Below, piece by piece: positions 33,301 through 48,300 of a stretch of 64,000 bases of DNA. The DNA is from Longimicrobiales bacterium. Its GTDB lineage: Bacteria > Gemmatimonadota > Gemmatimonadetes > Longimicrobiales > Gaopeijiaceae. Below the pieces are notes generated by a model, which saw only the letters and a program-made list of their open reading frames with translations, searched no databases and was not told the origin of the DNA. The stretch spans positions 1-64,000 of the forward strand of contig OZ242008.1 in the NCBI GenBank assembly GCA_965204735.1. Reading direction: 5' to 3'. Position numbers and translations under genes: made by a program. Numbering within the stretch: position 1 is the stretch's first letter; each line of letters opens with the position of its first letter.

Positions 33301-36300
33301 CTGACGATCGGCTCTACAGCGCGGCAGGCGTCGTACGGGAGCGGGCACGGCACGGTGTCGGTGGTGTTCCGGTACTTGGTGGTCCAGACGGACGCGGACG
33401 CGGATGGGATCAGCATCGGTGCCGGCGCGCTGGGGTTGAACGGCGGGACGATCGACATGGCTGGCGGAACGTTGGACGCGGCTCTGGGGCTGGGCGCGCA
33501 TGCGATATCGAACAGCGCGAGCCACAAGGTCGCGGGCGGCACGTTCACGAGGCCGTCGGTGAACGGCATGACGATATCGAGCGTCGCGGCAGACAGTACC
33601 TACGTGCTGGGCGATCAGATCGAGGTCGAGGTGACGTTCACACGGCCCGTGACGGTGACGGGCGTGCCCCAGCTCGCGCTGACGATCGGCAGGACGGGGA
33701 GCCGAGCCGACTACGCGAACGGCATGGGCACGAATGCACTGACGTTCCGGTACGCGGTTCAGGCTACGGATAGGGACACGGACGGGCTGAGCATTGGCGC
33801 GAGCGCGTTGGCGCTGAACGGCGGCGCGATCAACGACGCGCGGCCCGGCGCGGCAGCGGCGAGCCTGGGGCTGGGCGCGAACGCGATATCGAACGCCGCG
33901 GCGCACAAGGTGGACGGCAGCCGCGGACCGCGACCCCACGTCGTCAGCGGGGTGAGACTGTGGTCCCGACCGTTGAACGACTCGACGTACCATCTGGGGG
34001 AGCAAATCAGCGTTACGCTGACTTTTAACAGGACTGTCTCGTTGCCAGACGAACCGATGTTTGTGTACCTATATATTGACGTCGGTTCGGCGCGCCGCCC
34101 AGCGCTCTGCAATAGCCACCCGAGGAGTTTTCGCTCACTGACTTGCCATTACTCAATCGCGGAACGCGACTCTGACTTCAACGGTGTGAGCATCGGTGCC
34201 TACGCGGCTAGTCATCATAAGTTTCTGTCGTCGGACGGCTACGTGTCGATGTACCTGGGCACCCACACGATCAAGAACGACGCTAGGCACAAGGTGGACG
34301 GAAGCGTCAAGAAAGTGCCGTCTGTGGTTGGAATAACCTTCGAAAATGTGCCTGACGACTCGACGCACGCGCTAGGTGAGCGGATCGAAATCTCAGTGTG
34401 GTGGGATAGAAGCGTCCAGGTGGCCGGCATGCCGCAGCTGGCGCTGAGGATCGGGAGCGCGACGCGGCAGGTGTCGCGCAGGTTCTCGAGAGCGCACTTC
34501 AGCTCAAGGGTGGAGTTCGCATACGAGGTGCAGGCAATGGACAGCGATTCGGACGGCATCTCTATCGCCGCGAACGCGCTGACACTGAACGGCGCGTCGA
34601 TCTACCTTCATGGCTCGGCTCACGACCCCGTGAATGCGAGGCTGGGGCTGGGCGCGAACGCAATATCGAACGCCGCAGGGCACAAGGTGGACGGCAGTAG
34701 CCGTCGGCCGGGCGTGTCGGGCGTGGTGCTGGGCTCGCCCCCGGTGGGCGACACGTTCGAGCGGGGTGACACGATTGCCGTGACGGTGACGTTCACCGAC
34801 TCGATTGCCGTGACGGGGACGCCGCAGCTGGCACTGGGGATCGGTTCGCAGACGCGGCAGGCGAGCTACGCGAGCGGGAGCGGGACGACGGCGCTGGTGT
34901 TCCAGTACACGGTGATGCAGGCGGACGCGGACGTGGACGGGTTGAGCATCGGGACGAGCGCGCTGGGGCGGAATGGCGGGACGGTCCGGCTGTCGGGCGG
35001 CACGCTGCATGCGACTTTGGGGCTGGGCGGCCACGCGATATCGAACAGCACGGGCCACAAGGTGGCGGGCGGGATGTTCACGGCGGCGTCCGTAAGCACG
35101 GTGACGATAGCGAGCGCGCCGGCGAGCGACAGCACGTATGCGGAGACGGAGGAGATCGAAGTCGAGGTCTCGTTCAACCGCCGGGTGACGGTCACGGGGA
35201 CGCCGCAGCTGGCGCTGGCGATCGACACGCTGACGCGGCAGGCGGACTACGTCGGCGGCACGGGCACGGCGACGCTGGCGTTCGCGTACCAGGTGCAGGC
35301 GGCGGACGCGGACTCGACCGGTATCGGCATCGGCGCGAACGCGCTGACGCTGAACGGCGGGACGATCGCGGACGCTCGCGACGACACGACGGCGGCCGGG
35401 CTGAGCTTGGGAGCGCACGCGATTGCGGACGCTGCTGCGCACAAGGTGAACGGCAGCCTGCCGCCGCCGGTGACGCGCACCACGGGGGCGCCGGAGGCGA
35501 GGGGCTTGACGATCGGGGCGCCTGCGGTGGGCGACACCTTCGAGCGGGGCGAGACGATCGAAGTCGAGCTGGCGTTCCACCGGGCGGTGGACGTGACGGG
35601 CACGCCGCGGCTAGCGCTGACGATCGGCGCTGCAACCAGGCAGGCCGACTACGCGAGCGGGACGGGCACGGACACGCTGGTGTTCCGGTATGTGGTGGCG
35701 TCGGGCGACGCGGACGCGGACGGGCTCGGCATCGGGGCGAGCGCGCTGACGCTGAACGGCGGGACGATCAGGGCGTCGGGCGAGGCGCTGGACGCGCTGC
35801 TGGACCTGGGCGCGCACGCCGTGACGAACAGCGCGGGCCACAAGGTCGCGGGCGGGACGTTCACGACGCCGGCCGTGAGCGCGGTGACGATATCGAGCAC
35901 GCCGACGAGCGACAGCACGTATCAGCTGGGCGAGTCGGTCGAGGTGAAGGTGGCGTTCGGCCGTCCGGTGACGGTGACGGGCGCGCCCGAGCTGGCGCTG
36001 ACGATCGGCACGCAGACTCGGCAGGCCAGCTACGAGTCGGCGTCGAGCACTGCGGACACGCTGGTGTTCGGGTACGCGGTCCGTCCTGCGGACGCGGACG
36101 CGGACGGCATCGGCATCGGCGCGAGCGCGTTGACGCTGAACGGCGGAGCCATCAACGACGTGCGCCCGGGCGCGACTGCTGCGAGTCTGGGCCTGGGCGC
36201 GAACGCAGTGACGAACGCGGCGTCGCACAAGGTGAACGGCAGCTTGGGGCCGCCGGGGGTGGTGGGGTTGACGGTGGCTGCGCCGCCGGTGGGCACGACG

Positions 36301-39300
36301 TTCGAGCGTGGCGACCCGGTGGCGGCGACGGTGACGTTCAACAAGGCGGTGGACGTGACGGGCACGCCGCAGCTGGCGCTGGGGATCGGGAGCGCGACGC
36401 GGCAGGCGAGCTACGTGAGCGGCACGGGCACGACGGCGCTGGTGTTCCGGTACGTGGTGGTGCAGACGGACGCGGACGCGGACGGGTTGAGCATCGGCGC
36501 GAACGCATTGGCGTTGAACGGCGGCACGATCGACGTTGCGGGTGGAACGACTGACGCCTTGCTGAGCTTGGAGCACCATGCGATCAGCAACGACAGGGCG
36601 TTGCACGTCGCGGGCGGGACGTTCACGGCGGCGTCGGTTGCGGGCGTGGCGATCACGAGCAGCCCGGCGAGCGACAGCACGTACGGTCGTACGGAGCGGG
36701 TCGAGGTCGAGGTGACGTTCGACCGCAACGTGGCGGTGACGGGCGCGCCGCAGGTAGCGTTGGGGATCGGTTCGCAGACGCGCCAGGCGGCATACGCGAG
36801 CGGGACGGGGACGAAGACGCTGGTGTTCCGCTACGCGGTGGTGGCGTCGGACGCGGACTCGACGGGCATCACCATCGGCGCGGGCGCGTTGGTGCTGAAC
36901 GGCGGGACGATCTCGGACGCTCGGGACACGACGGTGGCAGTGGCGCTGGGGCTGGGGAGCCACGCGATTGCGAATGCTGCTGCGCACAAGGTGGACGGCA
37001 ACCGGGGTCCGCCGGGTGTGACGGACTTGACGGTCGCGTCGCCGCCGACGGGCGACACGTTCGAGCGCGGCGACGCGATTGAAGCGACGGTGACGTTCAA
37101 CCGTGCGGTGGACGTGACGGGCACGCCGCAGCTGGCGTTGGGGATCGGTTCGCAGACCCGTCAGGCGGGCTACGCGAGCGGCAGCGGCACGACGGCGCTG
37201 GTGTTCCAGTACACGGTGGTGACCGCGGACGCGGACGCGGACGGCTTGAGCATCGGGACGAGCGCGCTGGGGCTGAACGGCGGGACGGTCCGTCTGTCGG
37301 GCGGCACGCTGGACGCGACTTTGGGGCTGGGCGGCAACGCGATATCGAACAGCACAGGCCACAAGGTGGCGGGCGGGACGTTCACGGCGTCGTCGGTGAG
37401 CGGGGTGTCGATCACGAGCACTCCGTCGAGCGGGGACACCTACGGCCTGGGCGAGGAGATTGAGGTCGAGGTGGCGTTCGTGCGGCCGGTGAGCGTGACG
37501 GGCACGCCGCAGCTGGCGCTGGGCATCGGGACGGACACGGTGCAGGCGGACTACGGCTCGGGCAGCGGCACGAAGACGCTGAGGTTCAGCTACGCGGTCG
37601 CGGCGTCCGACGCCGACAGCGACGGGCTGAGCATCGGCGCGAGCGCATTGGCGCTGAACGGCGGGGCGATCGTTGATGCGCGCGACGGCGCGACGGCGGC
37701 GAGCCTGGGGCTGGGGTCGAGCGCGATCGCCAACGCGGCGTCGCACAAGGTGGACGGCGCGCAGGGGCCGCCGGGGGTGACCGCGCTGTCGATCGCGTCG
37801 CCCGTGGTGGGCGACACGTTCGAGCGTGGCGACACGATTGCGGCGACAGTGACGTTCAACAAGGCGGTGGACGTGACGGGCACGCCGCAGCTGGCGCTGA
37901 CGATCGGGACGCAGACGCGGCAGGCGTCGTACGCGGGCGGCACGGGGACGGCGTCGCTGGTCTTCCGCTACGTGGTGGTGCAGTCGGATGCGGACGCCGA
38001 CGGGCTCAGCATCGGCGCGAGCGCATTGGCGCTCAACGGCGGGACGATCGACGTGGCGGGCGGGACGATGGACGCGCTGCTGGGGCTGGGCGCGAGCGCG
38101 GTGTCGAACAGCGCGGGCCACAAGGTCGCGGGCGGCACGTTTACGGCGGCGTCGGTGAGCGGGGTCGCGGTCACGAGCGTTCCGTCAAGCGACAGCACGT
38201 ACGGTCGAACGGAGGTGATCGAGGTCGAGGTGACGTTCACGCGCCCGGTGGCGGTGACGGGCGCACCGCAGCTGGCGCTGGGGATCGGCGCTGCGACGCG
38301 GCAGGCGTCGTACGCGAGCGGGAGCGGCACGACGGCGCTGGCGTTCCGCTACACGGTGGAGGCGGCGGACGCGGACTCGACGGGCATCAGCGTCGCCGCG
38401 AGCGCGTTGACGCTGAACGGCGGTACGATCGCCGACGCTCGGGACGGTTCGACGGCGGCGAGCCTGGGACTGGGGAGCAACGCGATTGCGAACGCCGCTG
38501 CGCACAAGGTGGACGGCAACCGGGGTCCGCCAGGCGTGACGGCGCTGACGATCAGTGCGCCTGTGGTGGGCGACACGTTCGAGCGTGGCGAGACGATCGA
38601 GGTGTCGCTGGTGTTCAACCGGTCGGTGGACGTGACGGGGACTCCGCGGTTGGCGCTGACGATCGGCAGCGCGACGCGGCAGGCGAGCTACGCGAGCGGT
38701 ACGGGGACGGACACGCTGGTGTTCCGCTACGTGGTGGCGAGCGGCGACACGGACGCGGACGGGCTGAGCATCGGGGCGAACGCATTGGCGCTGAACGGAG
38801 GGACGATCCGGGTTGCGAGCGGCACCCTGGACGCGACTTTGGGGCTGGGCGGGAGCGCGGTTGTGAACAGCACGGGCCACAAGGTTGCGGGCGGGACGTT
38901 CACGACGCCGGCGGTGAGCGCGGTGACGATCTCGAGCACTCCGGCGAGCGCGAGCACGTACCAGCTGGGCGAGTCAATCGAGGTGAAGGTGGCGTTCGGT
39001 CGTCCGGTGGCGGTGACGGGCTCGCCGCGGCTGGCGCTGACGATCGGGACGCAGACGCGGCAAGCCAGCTACGTGGCCGCTTCCAGCAAGGCGGACACGC
39101 TGGTGTTCGGCTACGCGGTCCGTCCGGTGGACGCGGACGCTGACGGGATCAGCATCGGCGCGAGCGCGCTGACGCTGAACGGCGGAGCCATCAACGATGT
39201 GCGTGCGGGCGCGACCGCTGCGGTGCTGGGCCTGGGCGCGAACGCGGTGTCGAACGCTGCGGCGCACAAGGTGAACGGCAGCCTTGGGCCGCCGGGGGTG

Positions 39301-42300
39301 GTGGGGTTGACGGTGGCTGCGCCACCGGTGGGCACGACGTTCGAGCGTGGCGACACGGTGGCGGCGACGGTGACGTTCAACAAGGCGGTGGACGTGACGG
39401 GCACGCCGCGGCTGGCGTTGTCGATTGGGACGCAGACGCGGCAGGCCGGCTACGCATCGGGGACGGGCACGACGGCGCTGGTGTTCCGGTACGTGGTGGT
39501 GCAGGCGGACGCGGACGCAGACGGGTTGAGCATCGGCGCGAGCGCGCTGACGCTCAACGGCGGAGCGATCGATGTGGCGGGCGGAACGACGGACGCCTTG
39601 CTGAGCCTGGAGCACCACGCGTTCAGCAACAACGAGGCGTTGCGCGTCGCGGGCGGGACGTTTACGGCGGCGTCGGTTGCGGGCGTGGCGATCACGAGCA
39701 GCCCGGCGAGCGACAGCACGTACGGTCGTACGGAGCAGGTCGAGGTCGAGGTGACGTTCGACCGCAACGTGGCGGTGACGGGTGCGCCCGAGCTGGCGCT
39801 GGGGATCGGGAGCCAGACGCGCCAGGCGGCGTATGCGAGCGGTTCGGGCACGAAGACGCTGGCGTTCCGCTACGCGGTGCAGGCGTGGGACGCGGACTCG
39901 ACGGGCATCAGCATCGGGGCGAGCGCGCTGGGGCTGAACGGCGGGGCGATCTCGGACGCTCGAGACACGACGGCGGCGGTGGCGCTGGGGCTGGGGAGCC
40001 ACACGATCGCGAACGCTGCTGCGCACAAGGTGGACGGCAACAGGGGTCCGCCGGGGGTGACGGGCTTGACGGTTGCGTTGCCGCCGACGGGCGACACGTT
40101 CGAGCGCGGCGACGCGATTGCGGCGACGGTGACGTTCAACCGCGCGGTGGACGTGACGGGCACGCCGCAGCTGGCGCTGGGGATCGGGAGCGTCACCCGT
40201 CAGGCGGGCTACGCGAGCGGGAGCGGCACGACGGCGCTGGTGTTCCAGTACACGGTCGTGCAGGCCGACGCGGACGCGGACGGGTTGAGCATCGGGACGA
40301 GCGCGCTGGCGTTGAACAGCGGGACGGTCCGGCTGGCTGGCGGCACGCTGGACGCGACTTTGGGTCTGGGCACGCACGCGGTGTCGAACAGCACGGGGCA
40401 CAAGGTAGCGGGCGGGACGTTCACGGCGTCGTCGGTGAGCGGCGTGACGATCTCGAGCACTCCGTCGAGCGGCGACACGTACGGCCTGGGCGAGGAGATC
40501 GAGGTCGAGGCGACGTTCGTTCGTGTGGTGAGCGTGACGGGCACGCCGCAGCTGGCGCTGGGCGTCGGATCCGACACGGTGCAAGCGGACTACGCCTCGG
40601 GCACCGGCACGAAGACGCTGACGTTCAGCTACACGGTCGCAGCGTCCGACGCCGACAGCGATGGGCTGAGCATCGGCGCGAGCGCGCTGGCGCTGAACGG
40701 CGGGACGATCGTCGACGCACGCGACGGCGCGACGGCTGCGAGCCTAGGGCTGGGGACGAACGCGATCGTCAACGCGGCGTCGCACAAGGTGGACGGCGCG
40801 CAGGGGCCGCCGGGCGTCACCGCGCTGTCGATTGCGTCGCCCGTGGTGGACGACGTGTTCGAGCGAGGCGACACGATTGCGGCGACAGTGACGTTCAACA
40901 AGGCGGTGGACGTGACGGGCACGCCGCAGCTGGCACTGGGGATCGGGACGCAGACGCGGCAGGCGTCGTACGCGGGCGGCACGGGCACGGCGTCGCTGGT
41001 TTTCCGCTACGTGGTGGCGAGTGGCGACGCGGACGCGGATGGGCTCAGCATCGGCGCGAGCGCGCTGGCACTGAACGGCGGAACGATCGACGTGGCGGGC
41101 GGTACGACGGACGCGTTGCTGGGTCTGGGCACGCACGCGGTTGTGAACAGCACGGGCCACAAGGTCGCGGGCGGCACGTTCACGGCATCTGCGGTGAGCG
41201 GGGTCGCGGTCACGAGCGCTCCGTCGAGCGACAGCACGTACGGTCGGACGGAGGTGATCGAGGTCGAGGTGACGTTCACGCGCCCGGTGACGGTGACGGG
41301 CGCACCGCAGCTGGCGCTGACGATCGGCACGCAGACGCGGCAGGCGTCGTACGCGAGCGGGAGCGGCACGACGGCGGTGACGTTCGGCTACACGGTGCAG
41401 GCGGCGGACGCGGACTCGACGGGCATCAGCATCGGCTCGAGCGCTTTGACGCTGAACGGCGGGACGATCGCTGATGCTCGGGACGGTTCGACGGCGGCGG
41501 CGCTGGGTCTGGGGAGCAACGCGATCGCGAACGCTGCTGCGCACAAGGTGGACGGCAACCGGGGTCCGCCGGGGGTGACGGCGCTGACGATCAGTGCGCC
41601 GACGGTGGGCGACACGTTCGAGCGGGGCGAGACGATCGAGGTGTCGCTGGTGTTCAACCGCGCGGTGGACGTGACGGGGACTCCGCGGTTGGCGCTGACG
41701 ATCGGCAGCGCGACGCGGCAGGCGAGCTACACTGTGGGTACAGGTACGGACACCTTGGCGTTCCGGTACGTGGTGGCGAGCGGCGACGCAGACTCGACGG
41801 GCATCAGCATCGGGGCGAGCGCATTGGCGCTGAACGGCGGCACGATCAAGGTGGCGGGCGGAACATTGGACGCGACGTTGGGGCTGGGTTCAAGCGCGGT
41901 GACGAACAGCGGGGGCCACAAGGTTGCGGGCGGCACGTTCACGACGCCGGCGGTGAGCGGCGTGACGGTCTCGAGCACGCCGGCGAGCGCGAGCACATAC
42001 CAGCTGGGCGAGTCAATTGAGGTGAAGGTGGCGTTCGGTCGTCCTGTGGCGGTGATGGGCTCGCCGCGTCTGGCGCTGACGATCGGGACGCAGACGCGGC
42101 AGGCCAGCTACATGGCCGCTTCCAGCAAGGCGGACACGCTGGTGTTCGGCTACGCGGTCCGTCCTGCGGACGCGGACGCGGACGGTATCAGCATCGGCAC
42201 TAGCGCGTTGACGCTGAACGGCGGGACCATTGCGGATGTGCGTCCGGGCGCTGCCTCTGCGGCGCTGGGTCTGGGCGCAAACGCGGTAACGAACGACGTG

Positions 42301-45300
42301 TCGCACAAGGTGAACGGCAGCTTGGGGCCGCCGGGGGTGGTGGGGTTGACGGTGGCCGCGCCGCCGGTGGGCACGACGTTCGAGCGCGGCGACACGGTGG
42401 CGGCGACGGTGACGTTCAACAAGGCGGTGGACGTGACGGGGACGCCGCGGCTGGCGTTGTCGATCGGGACGCAGACGCGGCAGGCCGGCTACGCATCGGG
42501 GACGGGCACGACGGCGCTGGTGTTCCGGTACGTGGTGGTGCAGACGGACGCGGACGCGGACGGGTTGAGCGTCGGCGCGAGCGCATTGGCGTTGAACGGC
42601 GGGACGATCGACGTGGCGGGCGGTACGACGGACGCTTTGCTGAGCTTGGTGCACCACGCGATCAGCAACGACGGCGCGCGCCGTGTCGCGGGCGGGACGT
42701 TCACGGCGGCGTCGGTTGCGGGCATGGCGATCACCAGCAGCCCGACGAGCGACAGCACGTACGTACGTACGGAGCGGATCGAGATCGAGGTGACGTTCGA
42801 CCGCAACGTGGCGGTGACGGGCACGCCGCAGGTGGCGTTGGGGATCGGTTCGCAGACGCGCCAGGCGGCATACGCGGGCGGGACGGGGACGAAGACGCTG
42901 GCGTTCCAGTACGCGGTGCAGGCGTCGGACGCGGACTCGACGGGCATCAGCATCGGGGCGGTCGCGCTGGGGCTGAACGGCGGGACGATCTCGGACGCTC
43001 GGGACACGACGGTGGCGGCCGCGCTGGGGCTGGGGAGCCACGCGATTGCGAACGCTGCTGCGCACAAGGTGGACGGCAACCGGGGTCCGCCGGGGGTGAC
43101 GAGCTTGACGGTCGCGTCGCCGCCCGTAGGCGACACGTTCGAGCGGGGCGACGTGATTGCGGCGACGGTGACGTTCAACCGTGCGGTGGACGTGACGGGC
43201 ACGCCGCAGCTGGCGCTGGGGATCGGTTCGCAGACCCGTCAGGCGGGCTACGCGAGTGGGAGCGGCACGACGGCGCTGGTGTTCCAGTACACGGTCGTGC
43301 AGGCCGACGCGGACGCCGACGGGTTGAGCATTGGGACGAGCGCGCTGGCGTTGAACGGCGGCACAATCCGTCTGTCGGGCGGTACGCTGGATGCGACGCT
43401 GGGTCTGGGCACGCACGCGGTGTCGAACAGCACGGGCCACAAGGTTGCGGGCGGGACGTTCACGGCGTCGTCGGTGAGCGGCGTGGCGATCACGAGCAGT
43501 CCGGCAAGCGGGGACACCTACGGCCTGGGCGAGGAGATCGAGGTCGAGGTGGCGTTCGTGCGGCCGGTGAGCGTGACGGGCACGCCGCAGCTGGCGCTGG
43601 GCATCGGGACCGACACGGTGCAGGCGGACTACGGCTCGGGCAGTGGCACGAAGACGCTGACGTTCAGCTACACGGTCGCTGCGTCCGACGCCGACAGCGA
43701 CGGGTTGAGCATCGGCGCGAGCGCGTTGGCACTGAACGGCGGGACGATCGTCGACGCGCGCGACGGCTCGACGGCGGCGAGCCTGGGGCTGGGGACGAAC
43801 GCGATCGCCAACGCGGCGTCGCACAAGGTGGACGGCGCACAGGGGCCGCCGGGGGTGACTGCGCTGTCGATCGCGTCGCCCGTGGTGGGCGACACGTTCG
43901 AGCGGGGCGACACGGTGGCGGCGACGGTGACGTTCAACAAGGCGGTGGACGTGACGGGGACGCCGCAGCTGGCGCTGACGATCGGGCCGCAGACGCGGCA
44001 GGCGTCGTACGCGGGCGGCACGGGCACGGCGTCGCTGGTCTTCCGCTACGTGGTGGTGCAGTCGGATGCGGACGCCGACGGGCTCAGCATCGGCGTGGGC
44101 GCGCTGGCGCTGAACGGCGGGAAGATCGATGTGGCGGGCGGTACGACGGACGCGCTGCTGGGGCTGGGCGCGAGCGCGGTGTCGAACAGCGCGGGCCACA
44201 AAGTAGCGGGCGGCACCTTCACGGCGGCGTCGGTGAGCGGGGTCGCGGTCACGAGCGCTCCGTCGAGCGACAGCACGTACGGTCGAACGGAGCAGATCGA
44301 GGTCGAGGTGACGTTCACGCGCCCGGTGACGGTGACGGGCGCACCGCAGCTGGCGCTGGGGATCGGCGCTGCGACGCGGCAGGCGTCGTACGCGAGCGGG
44401 AGCGGGACGACGGCGGTGACGTTCGGCTACACGGTGCAGGCGGCGGACGCGGACTCGACGGGCATCAGCGTGGGCGCGCGCGCTTTGACGCTGAACGGCG
44501 GAGCGATCGCCGACGCTCGGGACGGTTCGACGGCGGCGAGCCTGGGACTGGGGAGCAACGCGATCGCGAACGCTGCTGCGCACAAGGTGGACGGCAACCG
44601 GGGTCCGCCGGGGGTGACGGCGCTGACGATCAGCGCGCCTGTGGTGGGCGACACCTTCGAGCGTGGCGAGACGATCGAGGTCGCGCTGGTGTTCAACAGG
44701 GCGGTGGACGTGACGGGGACGCCGCGTCTGGCGCTGACGATCGGCAGCGCGACGCGGCAGGCGAGCTACACTGCGGGTACAGGTACGGACACCTTGGTGT
44801 TCCGGTACGTGGTGGCGAGCGGCGACGCGGACACGACGGGCATCAGCATTGGGGCGAGCGCATTGGCGCTGAACGGCGGGACGATCAAGGTGGCGGGGGG
44901 AACATTGGACGCGACCTTGGGGCTGGGTGCGAGCGCGGTGACGAACAGCGCGGGCCACAAGGTTGCGGGCGGGACGTTCACGACGCCGGCGGTGAGCGCG
45001 GTGACGATATCGAGTACGCCGGCGAGCGCGAGCACGTACCAGCTGGGCGAGTCAATCGAGGTGAAGGTGGCGTTCGGTCGACCGGTGGCGGTGACGGGCT
45101 CGCCGCGACTGGCGCTGACGATCGGCACGCAGACGCGGCAGGCCAGCTACGAGTCGGCGTCAAGCAAGGCGGACACGCTGGTGTTCGGGTACGCGGTCCG
45201 TCCTGCGGACGCGGACGCGGACGGCATCGGCATCGGCGCGAGCGCGCTGACGCTCAACGGCGGGACGATCAACGACAAGCGTCCGGGCGCGACTGCTGCG

Positions 45301-48300
45301 GCACTGGGCCTGGGCGCGAACGCAGTGACGAACGCGGCGTCGCACAAGGTGAACGGCAGCTTGGGGCCGCCGGGGGTGGTGGGGTTGACGGTGGCTGCGC
45401 CGCCGGTGGGGACGACGTTCGAGCGGGGCGACGCGATTGCGGCGACGGTGACGTTCAACAAGGCGGTGGACGTGACGGGCACGCCGCGGCTGGCGCTGGG
45501 AATCGGTTCGACCACAAGGCAGGCGAGTTACGCTTCGGGCACGGGCACGACGGCGCTGGTGTTCCGGTACGTGGTGGTGCAGGCGGATGTGGACACGGAC
45601 GGGTTGAGCGTGGGCGCGAGCGCGCTGACGCTCAACGGCGGGACGATCGACGTGGCGGGCGGAACGACGGACGCCTTGCTGAGCTTGGAGCACCATGCGT
45701 TCAGCAACGACGGGACCTTGCGCGTCGCGGGCGGGACGTTCACGGCTGCGTCGGTTGCGGGCGTGGCGATCACGAGCAGCCCGTCGAGCGACAGCACGTA
45801 CGGTCGTACGGAGCAGGTCGAGGTCGAGGTGACGTTCGACCGCAACGTGGCGGTGACGGGCGCGCCGCAGGTGGCGTTGGGGATCGGTTCGCAGACGCGG
45901 CAGGCGGGCTACGCGAGCGGTTCGGGGACGAAGACGCTGGCGTTCCAGTACGCGGTGCAGGCGTCGGACGCGGACTCGATGGGTATCAGCATCGGGGCGG
46001 TCGCGCTGGGGCTGAACGGCGGGACGATCTCGGACGCTCGGGACACGACGGTGGCGGCCGCGCTGGGGCTGGGGAGCCACGCGATTGCGAACGCTGCTGC
46101 GCACAAGGTGGACGGGAACCGGGGTCCGCCGGGGGTGACGAGCTTGACGGTCGCGTCGCCGCCCGTAGGCGACACGTTCGAGCGGGGCGACGTGATTGCG
46201 GCGACGGTGACGTTCAACCGTGCGGTGGACGTGACGGGCACGCCGCAGCTGGCGCTGGGGATCGGTTCGCAGACCCGTCAGGCGGGCTACGCGAGTGGGA
46301 GCGGCACGACGGCGCTGGTGTTCCAGTACACGGTCGTGCAGGCCGACGCGGACGCCGACGGGTTGAGCATTGGGACGAGCGCGCTGGCGCTGAACGGCGG
46401 CACAATCCGTCTGTCGGGCGGTACGCTGGATGCGACGCTGGGTCTGGGCACGCACGCGGTGTCGAACAGCACGGGCCACAAGGTTGCGGGCGGGACGTTC
46501 ACGGCGGCGTCGGTGAGCGGCGTGACGATCACGAGCAGTCCGGCAAGCGGGGACACCTACGGTCTGGGCGAGGAGATCGAGGTCGAGGTGGCGTTCGTGC
46601 GGCCGGTGAGCGTGACGGGCACGCCGCAGCTGGCGCTGGGCGTCGGGACGGACACGGTGCAGGCGGACTACGGCTCGGGCAGTGGCACGGAGACGCTGAC
46701 GTTCGGCTACACGGTCGCGGCGTCCGACGCCGACAGCGACGGGTTGAGCATCGGCGCGAGCGCTTTGGCGCTGAACGGCGGGACGATCGTCGACGCGCGC
46801 GACGGCGCGACGGCGGCGAGCCTGGGGCTGGGGACGAACGCAATCGCCAACGCGGCGTCGCACAAGGTGGACGGCGCGCAGGGGCCGCCGGGGGTGACCG
46901 CGCTGTCGATCGCATCGCCCGTGGTGGGCGACACCTTCGAGCGGGGCGACACGATTGCGGCGACGGTGACGTTCAACAAGGCGGTGGACGTGACGGGCAC
47001 GCCGCAGCTGGCGCTGGGAATCGGTGCTGCGACGCGGCAGGCGTCGTACGCGAGCGGCACGGGCACGGCGTCGCTGGTGTTCCGCTACGTGGTGGCGAGT
47101 GGCGACGCGGACGCGGACGGGTTGAGCATCGGCGTGAGCGCTCTGGCCTTGAACGGCGGAACGATCGACGTGGCGGGCGGTACGACGGATGCGCTGCTGG
47201 GGCTGGGCGCGAGCGCGGTGTCGAACAGCGCGGGCCACAAGGTCGCGGGCGGCACGTTCACGGCGTCTGCGGTGAGCGGGGTCGCGGTTACGAGCGCTCC
47301 GTCAAGCGACAGCACGTACGGTCGAACGGAGCAGATCGAGGTCGAGGTGACGTTCACGCGCCCGGTGACGGTGACGGGCGCACCGCAGCTGGCGCTGGGG
47401 GTCGGCGCTGCGACGCGGCAGGCGTCGTACGCGAGCGGGAGCGGGACGACGGCGCTGGCGTTCGACTACACGGTGCAGGCGGCGGACGCGGACTCGACGG
47501 GCATCAGCATCGGCGCGAGCGCTTTGACGCTGAACGGCGGGACGATCGCCGACGCTCGGGACGGTTCGACGGCGGCGGCGCTGGGTCTGGGGACAAACGC
47601 GATTGCGAATGCTCCTGCGCACAAGGTGGACGGCAACCGGGGTCCACCGGGGGTGACGGCGCTGACGATCAGCGCGCCTGTGGTGGGCGACACCTTCGAG
47701 CGTGGCGAGACGATCGAGGTCGCGCTGGTGTTCAACAGGGCGGTGGACGTGACGGGGACTCCGAGGTTGGCGCTGACGATCGGTTCATCGACCAAGCAGG
47801 CGAGCTACGCGAGCGGTACGGGGACGGACACCTTGGTGTTCCGGTATGTGGTGGCGAGCGGCGACGCGGACTCGACGGGCATCAGTATCGGGGCGAGCGC
47901 GCTGGCGTTGAACGGCGGCACGATCCGGGTTGCGGGTGGCACGCTGGCCGCGACGTTGGGGCTGGGCGCGAGCGCGGTGACGAACAGCGGAGGCCACAAG
48001 GTCGCGGGCGGGACGTTCACGACGCCGGCGGTGAGCGCGGTGACGGTCTCGAGCATGCCGGCGAGCGCGAGCACATACCAGCTGGGCGAGTCAATCGAAG
48101 TGAAGGTGGCGTTCGGTCGTCCTGTGGCGGTGACGGGCTCGCCGCGGTTGGCGCTGACGATCGGCATGACGACCAGGCAGGCGGACTACGAGTCGGCGAC
48201 GAGCAAGGCGGACACGTTGGTGTTCGGGTACGCGGTCCGTCCGGCGGACGCGGACGCGGACGGGATCAGCATCGGTGCGGGCGCACTGACGCTGAACGGC

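Noticed and set aside
24470..34700. Diversity-generating retroelement acting on the adhesin
   Set aside because: No reverse transcriptase or template repeat in the window; differences include length changes and are not adenine-specific.
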